DNA from: Candidatus Woesearchaeota archaeon
Lineage (GTDB): Archaea; Nanobdellota; Nanobdellia; Pacearchaeales; GW2011-AR1
Assembly (NCBI GenBank): GCA_964601175.1
Contig: CAZRMJ010000002.1
Coordinates: 5,842 to 69,841, forward strand
DNA length: 64,000 nt
Direction: 5' to 3'
The position numbers and the translations under genes were made by a program. The notes under the pieces are model-generated. The model had not been told where the DNA came from. It did no database searches and saw nothing but the letters and a program-made list of their open reading frames with translations. Numbering within the stretch: the first letter of the stretch is position 1; every line of letters begins with the position of its first letter. This document shows, piece by piece, positions 1 to 9,084 of the stretch.

Positions 1-207
1 AAAAAAGATGTTCGCCCTGGAAAAGGAAAAATGAGAAGTAGAAAGTATAAATTCAATGCTGGAATTTTAGTGGTAAAATCTGCTAATGAAAAAATAAATT
101 TGAAAGGTGTTGACGTTGTATCTGCTAACGACTTAAGAATTTCAGATATTTACCCTCTTGGAAGGCTTACTTTATATACTGAGCAATCGCTCAAGGAGCT
201 TAAGTAA
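1..207 (+). CDS. rpl4: 50S ribosomal protein uL4, C-terminal part (5' truncated by window)
   Basis: Frame 1 reads KKDVRPGKGKMRSRKYK...PLGRLTLYTEQSLKELK*, containing the archaeal L4 RxGKGKMR and GRLT motifs. Lies directly upstream of L23. Confidence 0.9.
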   Translation, partial: KKDVRPGKGKMRSRKYKFNAGILVVKSANEKINLKGVDVVSANDLRISDIYPLGRLTLYTEQSLKELK

Positions 208-208
208 A

Positions 209-448
209 ATGTTGAAACCAATAACTACAGAAAAAGCAGTTAAGTTAATAGACATAGAGAATACTTTACTTTTCGAAACAGATAGAAGAGAAAATAAAGA
301 TACAATTGCAAAAGAAGTCAAAAAATTATTCAATGTTAAAGTTGTCAAAATTAGAACATTGACAAGAAATAACAAAAAATTTGCTTATGTTAAATTATCT
401 AAAGAAAATCCGGCAATTGATGTCGCGACTAAACTGGGAATGATCTAA
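209..448 (+). CDS. rpl23: 50S ribosomal protein uL23
   Basis: PITTEKA...NTLLF...KFAYVKL...A.DVATKLGMI. ATG at 209 is preferred over the TTG at 158, which overlaps rpl4. Confidence 0.95.
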   Translation: MLKPITTEKAVKLIDIENTLLFETDRRENKDTIAKEVKKLFNVKVVKIRTLTRNNKKFAYVKLSKENPAIDVATKLGMI

Positions 449-1155
449 TGGGAAAGAGAATAATAGCGCAGGCAAGAGGTAAGGGAAGTTTATCTTATCA
501 AGCAAGAAAAAAAGCTTTTGTTTATAGAGTTGAATACCCTAGCGGAGTTTCTAGGGGTGTTGCAGAAATAATAAAATTAATACATTCACCGGCTCACTCA
601 GCTCCTTTAATGAAATTAAAAATTGGAAAGAATATATTTTATAATGCTGCATTTGAAGGTGCAACAAGAGGTCAAAGTATTACTTTAGGAGGCACAGACT
701 GTTCTCAAGGTAATGTAGTTTATTTGAAAGACATTCCAGTATCAACTAGAGTTTACAATATTGAATTAAACCCTGGAGATGGGGGAAAAATGATTAGAAC
801 TTCTGGAAGCAGTGCTCAAATTTACAAAAAATATGAAGATGGAAAAATAGGAGTTTTAATGCCTAACAGAAAAGAATTGAAATTGGACAAAGAATGCAGA
901 GCTTCAATTGGAATTGTTGCTGGAGATGGAAGAAAACAAAAACCTATGATGAAAGCCGGAGTTCACCATTACAGAGCTAAAGCTCGTAATAAATTATGGC
1001 CTAGAGTTTCTGCTGTAAGTACAAACGCAATTGATCACCCATTCGGATCTGGTAGAGGAAAGAGAATTAAATCTAAGACTGCTAAGAGAAACGCACCTCC
1101 AGGAAGAAGAGTCGGACACTTAAGACCTAGAAGAACAGGGAGGCTGAAGAGATAA
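448..1155 (+). CDS. rpl2: 50S ribosomal protein uL2
   Basis: MGKRIIAQARGKGS, NIELNPGDGGKMIR, WPRV..V..NAIDHPFGSG, APPGRRVG. Confidence 0.97.
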   Translation: MGKRIIAQARGKGSLSYQARKKAFVYRVEYPSGVSRGVAEIIKLIHSPAHSAPLMKLKIGKNIFYNAAFEGATRGQSITLGGTDCSQGNVVYLKDIPVSTRVYNIELNPGDGGKMIRTSGSSAQIYKKYEDGKIGVLMPNRKELKLDKECRASIGIVAGDGRKQKPMMKAGVHHYRAKARNKLWPRVSAVSTNAIDHPFGSGRGKRIKSKTAKRNAPPGRRVGHLRPRRTGRLKR

Positions 1156-1559
1156 TGGTTAAAGAAGTAGTCATCAAATCGAGAGAAAGAAAATTCTGCG
1201 GTCTTGGACTTGATCAGCTTAAAGAACTTTCATTGAAAGATTTGTCTGCATATTTACCTTCAAGAAGTAGACGTTCAATAATAAGACATCCTGAAATGAT
1301 TGAGAAGTTTATTAAATCTGCTGAAGAAAAGATTTCAAGAAAAAAGAAAGTAAGAACGCACCTTAGAGATTTGATAATTGTTCCGAAAATGGTTGGAATG
1401 AACGTTCAAGTATACAATGGTAAAACATTTGAAGAAGTTAATGTCGACGTGGATATGATAGGACATAGACTTGGAGAATTTGCACTAACTAGACAGAAAG
1501 TAAATCACTCTGCTGCGGGAATAGGAGCGACCCGTGGAAGTAAAGCGGCTAAGAAGTAA
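1155..1559 (+). CDS. rps19: 30S ribosomal protein uS19
   Basis: RTHLRDLIIVPKMVG, VYNGKTF, MIGHRLGEFALTR, GIGATRGS. Confidence 0.97.
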   Translation: MVKEVVIKSRERKFCGLGLDQLKELSLKDLSAYLPSRSRRSIIRHPEMIEKFIKSAEEKISRKKKVRTHLRDLIIVPKMVGMNVQVYNGKTFEEVNVDVDMIGHRLGEFALTRQKVNHSAAGIGATRGSKAAKK

Positions 1560-1560
1560 A

Positions 1561-2112
1561 ATGACTGAAAAAGAAAAAACAATGAATAAAGAAGATACTA
1601 AAGCTAGTAGCCATGCTGATCATTCACACCATGAAGGCCATGATCATAAACATGATCACGATCATGCAAGTAAGACCACTGAAGCTCCTCAAAAGAAAGA
1701 AGTTAAAGTCAACAAAGTTAAGAAGGATGTTGCAGTTGCAAGAGCTCCAGGAGTTCATATTTCTAAGAGACATGGAATGTATATTTGTTCATTCATAAAG
1801 GGAAAATCTGTTGACGACGCAATAAATGAACTTGGAGAAGTTATTATTTTAAAGAGGGCTGTTCCATTTAAGGGAGAGATTCCTCACAGAAAGGGAAAGA
1901 TAATGTCTGGAAGATATCCTGTGGCTGCTGCGAAAATATTTGTATCAGTACTTAAGAACTTAAAGGGAGCAATAATAGATAATCAAATGGATATTACCAA
2001 AACTAGAATATTTTCAGCATACACTAACTTTGCATCAAGACCTCAAAGGAGAGGTGGAACCAAAGGCAAGAGAGCTAGTGTTACAATAGAAGCAAGAGAG
2101 GTTAAGAAATAA
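1561..2112 (+). CDS. rpl22: 50S ribosomal protein uL22 with His-rich N-terminal extension
   Basis: ISKRH...ICSFIKGK...KRAVPF...HRKG...GRYP core and operon position. N-terminal HADHSHHEGHDHKHDHDH tract. ATG 1561 follows the S19 stop. Confidence 0.92.
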   Translation: MTEKEKTMNKEDTKASSHADHSHHEGHDHKHDHDHASKTTEAPQKKEVKVNKVKKDVAVARAPGVHISKRHGMYICSFIKGKSVDDAINELGEVIILKRAVPFKGEIPHRKGKIMSGRYPVAAAKIFVSVLKNLKGAIIDNQMDITKTRIFSAYTNFASRPQRRGGTKGKRASVTIEAREVKK

Positions 2113-2113
2113 A

Positions 2114-2794
2114 ATGGAAGAGAAAAAATTTGTAAAATTCAAACAAGATGAACTTGGAATAAAAGAATACGTAAAGAATTCTCTTGGAAAAGGAAGAATA
2201 AGCGATGTTGCAATAGAATATACTCCTATCGGAGAGAAAATAATAATTGCAACAAATAAACCAGGACTAGTAATTGGAAAGAGAGGAGAAAAAATAGAAG
2301 AGCTTACTACTGTTTTGAGGAAGAGATTTAACCTTGATAATCCCCATATAGATATAAAAGAAATTACAAATGAAGCACTGGATGCTCAACTTGTTGCAGA
2401 CTCTATTGCAATACAACTTGAGCGTAAAGGATCCCTTAAGTTTAAGATAATTGCATATAAGGCTCTTGATAGCATAATGAAAGCTGGTGCTCTTGGAGTT
2501 GAGCTTGCATTATCCGGAAAACTTCCAAGCGATAGAGCAAAGACATGGAGATTTACTCAAGGATATCTTAAGAAAACAGGAGATCCTTCAAAAGTTGTAA
2601 CTAAAGCAAGTGCTCAAGCTAGAACTCAAATGGGAGTTATAGGAATTAAGGTAAGCATACTTCCACCTGATGCGCATATACATGATCAGATAAAAATAAA
2701 TGACAGCTTACTTAGCCTCATTAGACAGAATAAGATTGCTAATGCGGAAGATGATGGTAAGAAAAAAAGAAAAAAGAAGGAGGCTAAAGAATAA
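2114..2794 (+). CDS. rps3: 30S ribosomal protein uS3
   Basis: KH domain TPIGEKI...KPGLVIGKRG; GALGVELALSGKL; MGVIGIKVSI. Confidence 0.97.
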   Translation: MEEKKFVKFKQDELGIKEYVKNSLGKGRISDVAIEYTPIGEKIIIATNKPGLVIGKRGEKIEELTTVLRKRFNLDNPHIDIKEITNEALDAQLVADSIAIQLERKGSLKFKIIAYKALDSIMKAGALGVELALSGKLPSDRAKTWRFTQGYLKKTGDPSKVVTKASAQARTQMGVIGIKVSILPPDAHIHDQIKINDSLLSLIRQNKIANAEDDGKKKRKKKEAKE

Positions 2795-2997
2795 TGGCCT
2801 TGTTAAAAATTAAAGAAATCTCTTCGATGGATGTGAAATCTAGAAAAGATAAAATTAAGGAATTAGAACTTGAATTGATGAAGTCTCAAACTGGTGCTCA
2901 AAAATCTTTAGGCAAAACCAAAGAGATTAAAAGGACTATTGCGCGCTTAAAAACACTCAACGTATCAAAAGGTACAATGAAGGAGAAAAATAAGTAA
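2794..2997 (+). CDS. rpl29: 50S ribosomal protein uL29
   Basis: ELELELMK...KEIKRTIARLKT; position after S3. Confidence 0.93.
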   Translation: MALLKIKEISSMDVKSRKDKIKELELELMKSQTGAQKSLGKTKEIKRTIARLKTLNVSKGTMKEKNK

Positions 2998-3297
2998 ATG
3001 GAAATAGATCCAAGAACAGGGTTGCCTACAACCGCTATTGCTTGGGAAGATTTGGCCAAAGGCCAGCAGAAGATAAAGATAGCGACTGAAAAACGTCGTT
3101 ATGGCAAGGTTATAACCCTTGTCTCAGGCTTTGATAAAGCAATTGATTTAAAAACTACTGCAAAGGCTCTTAAAGAGGGTCTTGCATGTGGTGGAACAGT
3201 CAAAGATGGAGTTATAGAACTTCAAGGAGATCACAAGAGACATGTTAGACAGATTCTTGTGAAATTAGGATTCTCTGATGAATCCATAGAGGACTAA
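2998..3297 (+). CDS. sui1: Translation initiation factor aIF1 (SUI1)
   Basis: KRRYGKVITLVSG, LACGGTVKDGVIELQGDH. Confidence 0.95.
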   Translation: MEIDPRTGLPTTAIAWEDLAKGQQKIKIATEKRRYGKVITLVSGFDKAIDLKTTAKALKEGLACGGTVKDGVIELQGDHKRHVRQILVKLGFSDESIED

Positions 3298-3298
3298 A

Positions 3299-3625
3299 AT
3301 GGCAAAGAAAGAAATTGAAACAAAAATTGAAGGAAAGAAAAAACTAATTGTAGTTGGAACTAGAGGAAGAACTTTCGAAGGTACAGTTGTTAAAAAATTT
3401 GACAACAGAGCAGTCGTGGAGTTTGATAGAATGGTTAAGATTGCAAAATATGAAAGATTTATGAGAAAGACTACTAGACTTCATTCAAGAATACCTTCCG
3501 GAATGCAATTGAATATTGGAGATTATGTTAAAGTTAGAGAATGTAGACCATTAGGTAAAATAATTCATTCTGTTGTTGTTGAAGTTATAAGACCTGCTTC
3601 TGGAAAGATGGAGGAGAAAAAATGA
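3299..3625 (+). CDS. rps17: 30S ribosomal protein uS17
   Basis: RGRTFEGTVV, KYERF, GDYVKVRECRPLGK. Confidence 0.95.
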   Translation: MAKKEIETKIEGKKKLIVVGTRGRTFEGTVVKKFDNRAVVEFDRMVKIAKYERFMRKTTRLHSRIPSGMQLNIGDYVKVRECRPLGKIIHSVVVEVIRPASGKMEEKK

Positions 3626-4023
3626 AAGCAATGCCTGCAAGAGTTACAAGGGGATTGAACGTTGGAAGCGTTGTTGTTGCTAGTGATAATAGCGGTGCAA
3701 GACTTGTTAGAATAGTTGGAGTAAAGAAAGGAAAATCCGGTAAGGGAACTCAACAGTATGCTAAAGTCGGAGATTATGTTAAAGTTTCAGTTCGTGCTGG
3801 AAAACCTGATATGAAAGGTCAAGTGTTTGATGCTGTATTGATAAGACAAAAGAAACCATATAGAAGAAATACTGGAGAAAGAGTAATGTTTGAAGATAAT
3901 GCAGTATGCTTACTTAAGGATGATAAAGGAAATCCTAAAGGTACATTTATCAAAGGACCGATATCTAAAGAAGTATTTGAAAGGTGGAAAGCAGTTGCTA
4001 AAATTGCTCAATTTGTATTATGA
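3622..4023 (+). CDS. rpl14: 50S ribosomal protein uL14
   Basis: SDNSGAR, AVLIRQKKPYRR, FEDNAV, PKGT.IKGPISKE. Confidence 0.97.
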   Translation: MKAMPARVTRGLNVGSVVVASDNSGARLVRIVGVKKGKSGKGTQQYAKVGDYVKVSVRAGKPDMKGQVFDAVLIRQKKPYRRNTGERVMFEDNAVCLLKDDKGNPKGTFIKGPISKEVFERWKAVAKIAQFVL

Positions 4024-4442
4024 AAACAATGTTCTCTACTACATGGAAAAGAAGCGTTCAACCTAGAAGACAACGCAAGTATAAAGAAGAAGCTCCCCTT
4101 CATATAAAGCATAAGTTTTTAAGTGCACCTTTGTCAAAGGAATTGCGCAAAAAATACGGAATGCGCAGTCTACCCGTAAGAACTGGAGATGAAGTGAATA
4201 TAATGCGGGGAACATTCGCTTCAAAGAAAGCTAAAGTATTGGAAGTTCAAGTTAGCAAAGGAAGAGTAGCCCTTGATGGAATTACTCGAAAAAAAGCTGA
4301 CGGAACAAAGTTAAACGTTTATTTCAACCCAAGTAAATTGCAAATAATAGCGTTGAAGCTCGATGACTCGAGACGCGTTTCAAAAGGCGTTGTCGAGCAA
4401 AAGAAATCTGAGGAAAAAAACAATGCATCAGACAAGAAGTGA
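4020..4442 (+). CDS. rpl24: 50S ribosomal protein uL24
   Basis: SVQPRRQRKY..APLH, LSKELRKKYG.RS.PVRTGDEV.IMRG. Confidence 0.96.
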   Translation: MKTMFSTTWKRSVQPRRQRKYKEEAPLHIKHKFLSAPLSKELRKKYGMRSLPVRTGDEVNIMRGTFASKKAKVLEVQVSKGRVALDGITRKKADGTKLNVYFNPSKLQIIALKLDDSRRVSKGVVEQKKSEEKNNASDKK

Positions 4443-5040
4443 AATCATACAAAAATTACCATTACCTAGAAAAGGGACAAAATATGTAGCTGTAGCTATA
4501 AGAAATAGATATAACAGTGTACCTTTAGTTGTTGCGATAAGAGATATGCTTAACCTTGCTTCTACAAGTAAAGAAGTTAAGAAAATGATTCACAATAAAG
4601 CTGTAAAGGTAAATGGAAAGATTTCTAAGAATCTTAACGATCCATTGAATTTATTCTCAATTTTAGATATAGGTAAAAAATATATGCTTACAATCTTACC
4701 TACAAATAGATTTTCTCTTGAAGAAACTAAAAATGAAACTAGAAATTTGAAGATAACTGGCAAAAGAGTAGTTAGAAATGGTGCACTTCAATATTCATTA
4801 CATGATGGAACTAGTATTTCTTCAAAACAGAGTTTTCTCGTTGGAGATACATTAGTTTTGAACCATGAAAATAAAGTTTTGAAACATATCACTTTTGAAA
4901 AAGGAAAAGATGTTTTTGTATTATTTGGAAGTAATGTTGGAAAAATAGGCAAAATAAAGGAAATTTCAGATAAGGGTATTCTATTAAAACTTGAAGATAA
5001 AGAGTTTGTCGCAGATAACAGGCAGGTAATTTTGATATGA
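4423..5040 (+). CDS. rps4e: 30S ribosomal protein eS4 (N-terminally shortened form)
   Basis: PRKGTKY, SVPLVVAIRDML.LA...KEVKK (S4 domain), LHDG, KOW-like G.NVGKIG. ATG at 4423. Confidence 0.9.
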   Translation: MHQTRSEIIQKLPLPRKGTKYVAVAIRNRYNSVPLVVAIRDMLNLASTSKEVKKMIHNKAVKVNGKISKNLNDPLNLFSILDIGKKYMLTILPTNRFSLEETKNETRNLKITGKRVVRNGALQYSLHDGTSISSKQSFLVGDTLVLNHENKVLKHITFEKGKDVFVLFGSNVGKIGKIKEISDKGILLKLEDKEFVADNRQVILI

Positions 5041-5546
5041 GCAACGTTATGAGATCCCCTAAGATATCAAGAGTAGTTTTGAGTGCTGGAGCTGTAGATA
5101 AGGATTTGGAGAAAGCTAAAAAACTTCTCGAGGTTATTTCTGAAAAGAAAGCACAAATAACTTTGTCTGGACCTAGAGCAAGAATTCCTGCTTTTGGAGT
5201 TAAGCCTAAAATGGAATTGGGAACTAATGTTACATTAAGAAATGAAGAAGCTATAGAAATTCTTAAGAGACTTCTTGGAGCAATAGATAATAAGCTTAGA
5301 GTCAAGCAGATAGATAAAAATAATTTCTCTTTCGGAATACCTGAGTATATCAACATTCCTGGAATAAAATATATGAGAGAAATTGGAATAAGAGGATTTA
5401 ATGTTACTGTAGTTTTTGAAAGACCTGGATTAAGAGTTAAGAAGAGAAAGCTAAAGAAAGGGGTCGTTCCAAAGAAACAACATGTTTCACCTGAAGAAAT
5501 AATTGATTATATGGAAAAAAACTTTAAAACGGAGATAACACAATGA
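5037..5546 (+). CDS. rpl5: 50S ribosomal protein uL5
   Basis: NVMR.PKI.RVVL, NVTLR, NNFSFGIPEYI.IPGIKY..EIGIRG. Confidence 0.96.
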   Translation: MSNVMRSPKISRVVLSAGAVDKDLEKAKKLLEVISEKKAQITLSGPRARIPAFGVKPKMELGTNVTLRNEEAIEILKRLLGAIDNKLRVKQIDKNNFSFGIPEYINIPGIKYMREIGIRGFNVTVVFERPGLRVKKRKLKKGVVPKKQHVSPEEIIDYMEKNFKTEITQ

Positions 5547-5773
5547 CAGCAAGCGATTGGAATAAAGTATTGAAACAAATTAGAAATAAGCCTGCTATGG
5601 CCAAGAAATTCCTTAAGTTTAATAAGCCTAAGGATAGGAAATCTGGTATTGCTGCCCAAAAATGCAAACGTTGCGGAAGGTTTGGTGCTCACTTAAATCA
5701 ATATGACTTGCATTTATGCAGGCATTGTTTCAGAGAAATAGCTCAGGAGATAGGATTCAAGAAATTTAATTAA
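5543..5773 (+). CDS. rps14: 30S ribosomal protein uS14 (zinc-binding type)
   Basis: CKRCG...YDLHLCRHCFREIA..IGFKK. Confidence 0.95.
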   Translation: MTASDWNKVLKQIRNKPAMAKKFLKFNKPKDRKSGIAAQKCKRCGRFGAHLNQYDLHLCRHCFREIAQEIGFKKFN

Positions 5774-5774
5774 C

Positions 5775-6149
5775 ATGAGTCAAGACATAATTTCAGACGG
5801 TTTAAATAGAATAATGAATGCAAAGCTAGCTGGCCATAGCAATGTTACTTTGAAAAATCATTCAAAGTTTTTACAGAGTATTTTGGCAATAGGAAAACTT
5901 AAGGGGTATATCTCTGAATATAATGTTACTCCGAAAGGATTGTTTATTGAGTTTAATGAACTTCATAAATGTAAAGCTGTTAAGCCCAGATATATTGTTA
6001 AAGTTAAAGACATAGACAAGTACGTTAGAAGATATCTTCCTGCAAGAAACATTGGAACATTAATAATTTCTACAAGTGAAGGATTAGTAACTCATCAAAC
6101 TGCTATCGATAAGAACATAGGAGGAAGCGTTATTGCTTACATGTACTAA
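5775..6149 (+). CDS. rps8: 30S ribosomal protein uS8
   Basis: D.ISD.LN.IMNA, YLPARNIG.LIISTSEGLVTH..A...NIGG.VIAY.Y. Confidence 0.96.
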   Translation: MSQDIISDGLNRIMNAKLAGHSNVTLKNHSKFLQSILAIGKLKGYISEYNVTPKGLFIEFNELHKCKAVKPRYIVKVKDIDKYVRRYLPARNIGTLIISTSEGLVTHQTAIDKNIGGSVIAYMY

Positions 6150-6691
6150 TGAGAAAATCATACGAAGTTAGCGTGAAAATACTTAACGGAATTGATTGCA
6201 AACTTTCTGGAAATGTGTTGCAATGTTCTAAAGGGAATTCTAAATTGTCAAAAGTTTTTGCACTTAATAATACTTCAATGTCATTGGAAGATGGAGCTCT
6301 TAAGATAATTTGTTCAAAAGCTAACAAAAAAGATATTGCTAACGTAAATTCTTATGTTGCACACATAAATAATATGTTTAAAGGGCTTAATGAAAGATAT
6401 GTTTATGAAATGGAAGTTTCTAATGTTCATTTCCCTATGACTGTTAAAGTTGATAAAGGGACATTAATAATAACCAATTTTCTTGGAGAGAAAGTTCCTA
6501 GAAAGGCTAAAATAATTGACGGCGTTGAAGTGAAAGTTGAAGGAACTGAAATCATAGTCTCAAGTGCAGATATAGAAAAAGCAGGTCAAACTGCAGCGAA
6601 TATAGAAAAAGCTTCCACAGTTACTAAAAAAGATAGAAGAGTCTTTCAAGATGGAATATTCATAACTAAAAAACCAGGAGTAGAAGCATGA
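6149..6691 (+). CDS. rpl6: 50S ribosomal protein uL6
   Basis: HFPMTVKV, NFLGEKVPR, GQTAANIE, DRRVFQDGIFI. Confidence 0.96.
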   Translation: MRKSYEVSVKILNGIDCKLSGNVLQCSKGNSKLSKVFALNNTSMSLEDGALKIICSKANKKDIANVNSYVAHINNMFKGLNERYVYEMEVSNVHFPMTVKVDKGTLIITNFLGEKVPRKAKIIDGVEVKVEGTEIIVSSADIEKAGQTAANIEKASTVTKKDRRVFQDGIFITKKPGVEA

Positions 6692-7056
6692 GAAAATTCC
6701 TTAGAAGAAATACTTTGAAATATTCGAGACTTGGAAAAGGAAGAAGAAAGCTTCAGAAATGGAGAAGTGCTGTTGGAAGACATAGTAAGATAAGAAAGAA
6801 TAGATTGGGATATACAAAATCTCCTCGTATTGGATTCAAATCCCCTAGAAGTACTTCTGGAAAAATACAAGGAAAAACACCATTGCTTATCAGAAGCATG
6901 CAAGATATTTCAAAAGCTAACAAGGATAACATATTGATAATTGCAAGAGTAATCGGCGCTAGAAAAAGAGTAGAAATAATAAAGAAAGCAGATGAATTGA
7001 AACTTCAAATATTGAATGTAAAAAAACTAGGAGGAAATAATAATGGATCTAAGTAA
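6688..7056 (+). CDS. rpl32e: 50S ribosomal protein eL32
   Basis: KFLR....YSRLG...KWR...GRHSKIR...P.IGF.SPR; IGARKR.EI. Confidence 0.93.
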   Translation: MRKFLRRNTLKYSRLGKGRRKLQKWRSAVGRHSKIRKNRLGYTKSPRIGFKSPRSTSGKIQGKTPLLIRSMQDISKANKDNILIIARVIGARKRVEIIKKADELKLQILNVKKLGGNNNGSK

Positions 7057-7459
7057 AAAGAAATCTCTTGCTGCTAGAACTCTTGGAGTAGGAGTTGCTA
7101 GAGTTAAATTTAACTCCAGTAGCTTGAATGAGATAAAAGAAGCTATAACCAAACAAGACATTAGGGACTTAGTTGCTAGCAAAGCAATTTTTGTTAGCGA
7201 GATTACTGGTCGAAAAGCTATCCAACCTAGAAAGAGAAAGAGGGCAGGAAGTATACGTATGAGACCTAATACTAGAAAGAGAAATTATATGGTTTTAACA
7301 AGAAAACTTAGAGCTTATCTTTCAGAGATCAAGAAACATGGTAAGCTAAGTAATGAAGAATTTTCATCTTTGAGGAAAGGAATTAGAGGAAAAATGTTTA
7401 GAAGTAAATCTCACTTAAAAGAGTATATTGAATTATCTAGAAAGGAGAAGGCACAATGA
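7043..7459 (+). CDS. rpl19e: 50S ribosomal protein eL19
   Basis: KKSLAARTLGVG..RV, I.EAITKQDIRDL, RKLRAYL, G.MFRSKSHL. Confidence 0.94.
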   Translation: MDLSKKKSLAARTLGVGVARVKFNSSSLNEIKEAITKQDIRDLVASKAIFVSEITGRKAIQPRKRKRAGSIRMRPNTRKRNYMVLTRKLRAYLSEIKKHGKLSNEEFSSLRKGIRGKMFRSKSHLKEYIELSRKEKAQ

Positions 7460-7938
7460 ACAGAATACAAAAAACTATTAGAAGAAGAAGATTTGAAGGT
7501 AAAACAGACTACAAGGCTAGATTTTATCTACTTAAATCTGGAAAATCTAGAGTAGTCTTTAGAAAGACAAACAAGTATCTTCAAGGACAATTAGTTACAT
7601 CTGAAGTTGCAAAAGATAAAGTATTAGTTACAGTCAGCACAAAAGATCTTCTTAAACATGGATGGCCTGAAAAACTTTCTGGAAGCTTGAAGAGTCTTCC
7701 TGCTGCATACTTAATGGGATATTTGCTTGGGAAAAAATCTAAAGTTAAAGATGGAATTCTTGACATGGGACTGTTAACACACGTTCCTAAATCTAGAGTT
7801 TATGCATTCGTTAGAGGACTTCGCGATTCTGGATTTGAAATTCCTTGTAATGAAGAAGTTCTTCCTGATGATGAGATGTTAAATAGAAAACCGGAGACAG
7901 GAAAGCTTATTAATCAACTAAAGGAGAAGCTTAAGTAA
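7456..7938 (+). CDS. rpl18: 50S ribosomal protein uL18
   Basis: RRRRFEGKTDYKAR..LL, RKTNKY, SLPAAYL.G, ILDMGL. Confidence 0.95.
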   Translation: MNRIQKTIRRRRFEGKTDYKARFYLLKSGKSRVVFRKTNKYLQGQLVTSEVAKDKVLVTVSTKDLLKHGWPEKLSGSLKSLPAAYLMGYLLGKKSKVKDGILDMGLLTHVPKSRVYAFVRGLRDSGFEIPCNEEVLPDDEMLNRKPETGKLINQLKEKLK

Positions 7939-7939
7939 A

Positions 7940-8665
7940 ATGGAAGAACAAAAAACTACCGACGACGAATATGCAGAAGCTCCACCTACTGAAGAAGCTA
8001 TTGTTGAAGAGATTCCTAAGGAAGAAATTTCTCCACTTCAATCATGGTCTCCTAAAACTCAAACAGGTAAGGATGTAAAAAGTGGAAAGATAAAAAATAT
8101 AGATGAAATACTTGATAAGGGTAAGAAAATATTAGAACCTGAAGTTGTTGATAGTTTGCTTAATGTTGAAAAAGATCTTTTGCTTGTAGGTCAATCAAAG
8201 GGAAAGTTCGGTGGAGGAAAAAGAAGGGCCTGGAGACAAACTCAGAAAAAAACAATGGAAGGTAACGTTCTTACATTTTCTTCAATGGCAATAGTTGGAG
8301 ATAAAAATGGGCATGTCGGAGTAGGCCTTGGAAAAAGCAAAGAAACATTACCTTCTAGAGAAAAAGCTATTAGAATGGCTAAACTGAATATAATTAAAGT
8401 TAATAGAGGATGTGGCCATTTCGATTGTTCTTGTTCAGAATTGCACAGCATACCATTCACAGTTGAAGGAAAGTGTGGCAGTGTTGTAGTTAAATTAATA
8501 CCTGCCCCTCAAGGAACTGGGCTTGTTATTGGAGATGAATGTAAAAAGATACTAAAGTTAGCAGGTATAAGAGACGTTTATTCATATACTAAAGGATATG
8601 GTAGATCTACAATAAATTTCGCTACTGCATGTGTAAAAGCTCTAAAGAAGACGGGGTCCCTATGA
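7940..8665 (+). CDS. rps5: 30S ribosomal protein uS5
   Basis: W.PKT..GK.V, VGDKNGHVGVG.GK, GCGHFDCSC..HSIPF.VEGKCGSV.VKLIPAP.GTGL. Confidence 0.96.
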   Translation: MEEQKTTDDEYAEAPPTEEAIVEEIPKEEISPLQSWSPKTQTGKDVKSGKIKNIDEILDKGKKILEPEVVDSLLNVEKDLLLVGQSKGKFGGGKRRAWRQTQKKTMEGNVLTFSSMAIVGDKNGHVGVGLGKSKETLPSREKAIRMAKLNIIKVNRGCGHFDCSCSELHSIPFTVEGKCGSVVVKLIPAPQGTGLVIGDECKKILKLAGIRDVYSYTKGYGRSTINFATACVKALKKTGSL

Positions 8666-9084
8666 ATCTAATAGTAATAAGAATTTCAGGAATGGTAGAA
8701 GTGCCTCAGAAGATAGGGCATACATTGGATAATATAAACTTAAGAAGAAAATATTCTGCAATACTTCTTGAGGAATCTCCTGAAAACTTGAAAATGCTTA
8801 ACAAAATAAGAAGTTTTGTTGCTTATGGCCCAATAAGTAAGGAAAGCTTACACAAGCTTATATCTCTCAGAGCGGAATTATCTGATAAAACAAAAAAGAT
8901 TGACGCAGATTCCGTGATTAAAAATTTAGATAAGAAATCTCTTAAGGAACAAGGAATAAAACCATTCTTTAGATTACACCCTCCTAGAAAAGGAATAGAA
9001 AGTAAGAAACACTATGGTGTTGGAAAAGGAGTTTTGGGAGATAACAAAGAGAATATAAATCTTCTTTTGGAGAGAATGTTATGA
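8662..9084 (+). CDS. rpl30: 50S ribosomal protein uL30
   Basis: VIRISG.V, TL..I.LRRKY, KPFFRLHPPRKG, G.LG...E.IN.LL.RM. ATG at 8662 overlaps the S5 stop. Confidence 0.94.
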   Translation: MNLIVIRISGMVEVPQKIGHTLDNINLRRKYSAILLEESPENLKMLNKIRSFVAYGPISKESLHKLISLRAELSDKTKKIDADSVIKNLDKKSLKEQGIKPFFRLHPPRKGIESKKHYGVGKGVLGDNKENINLLLERML

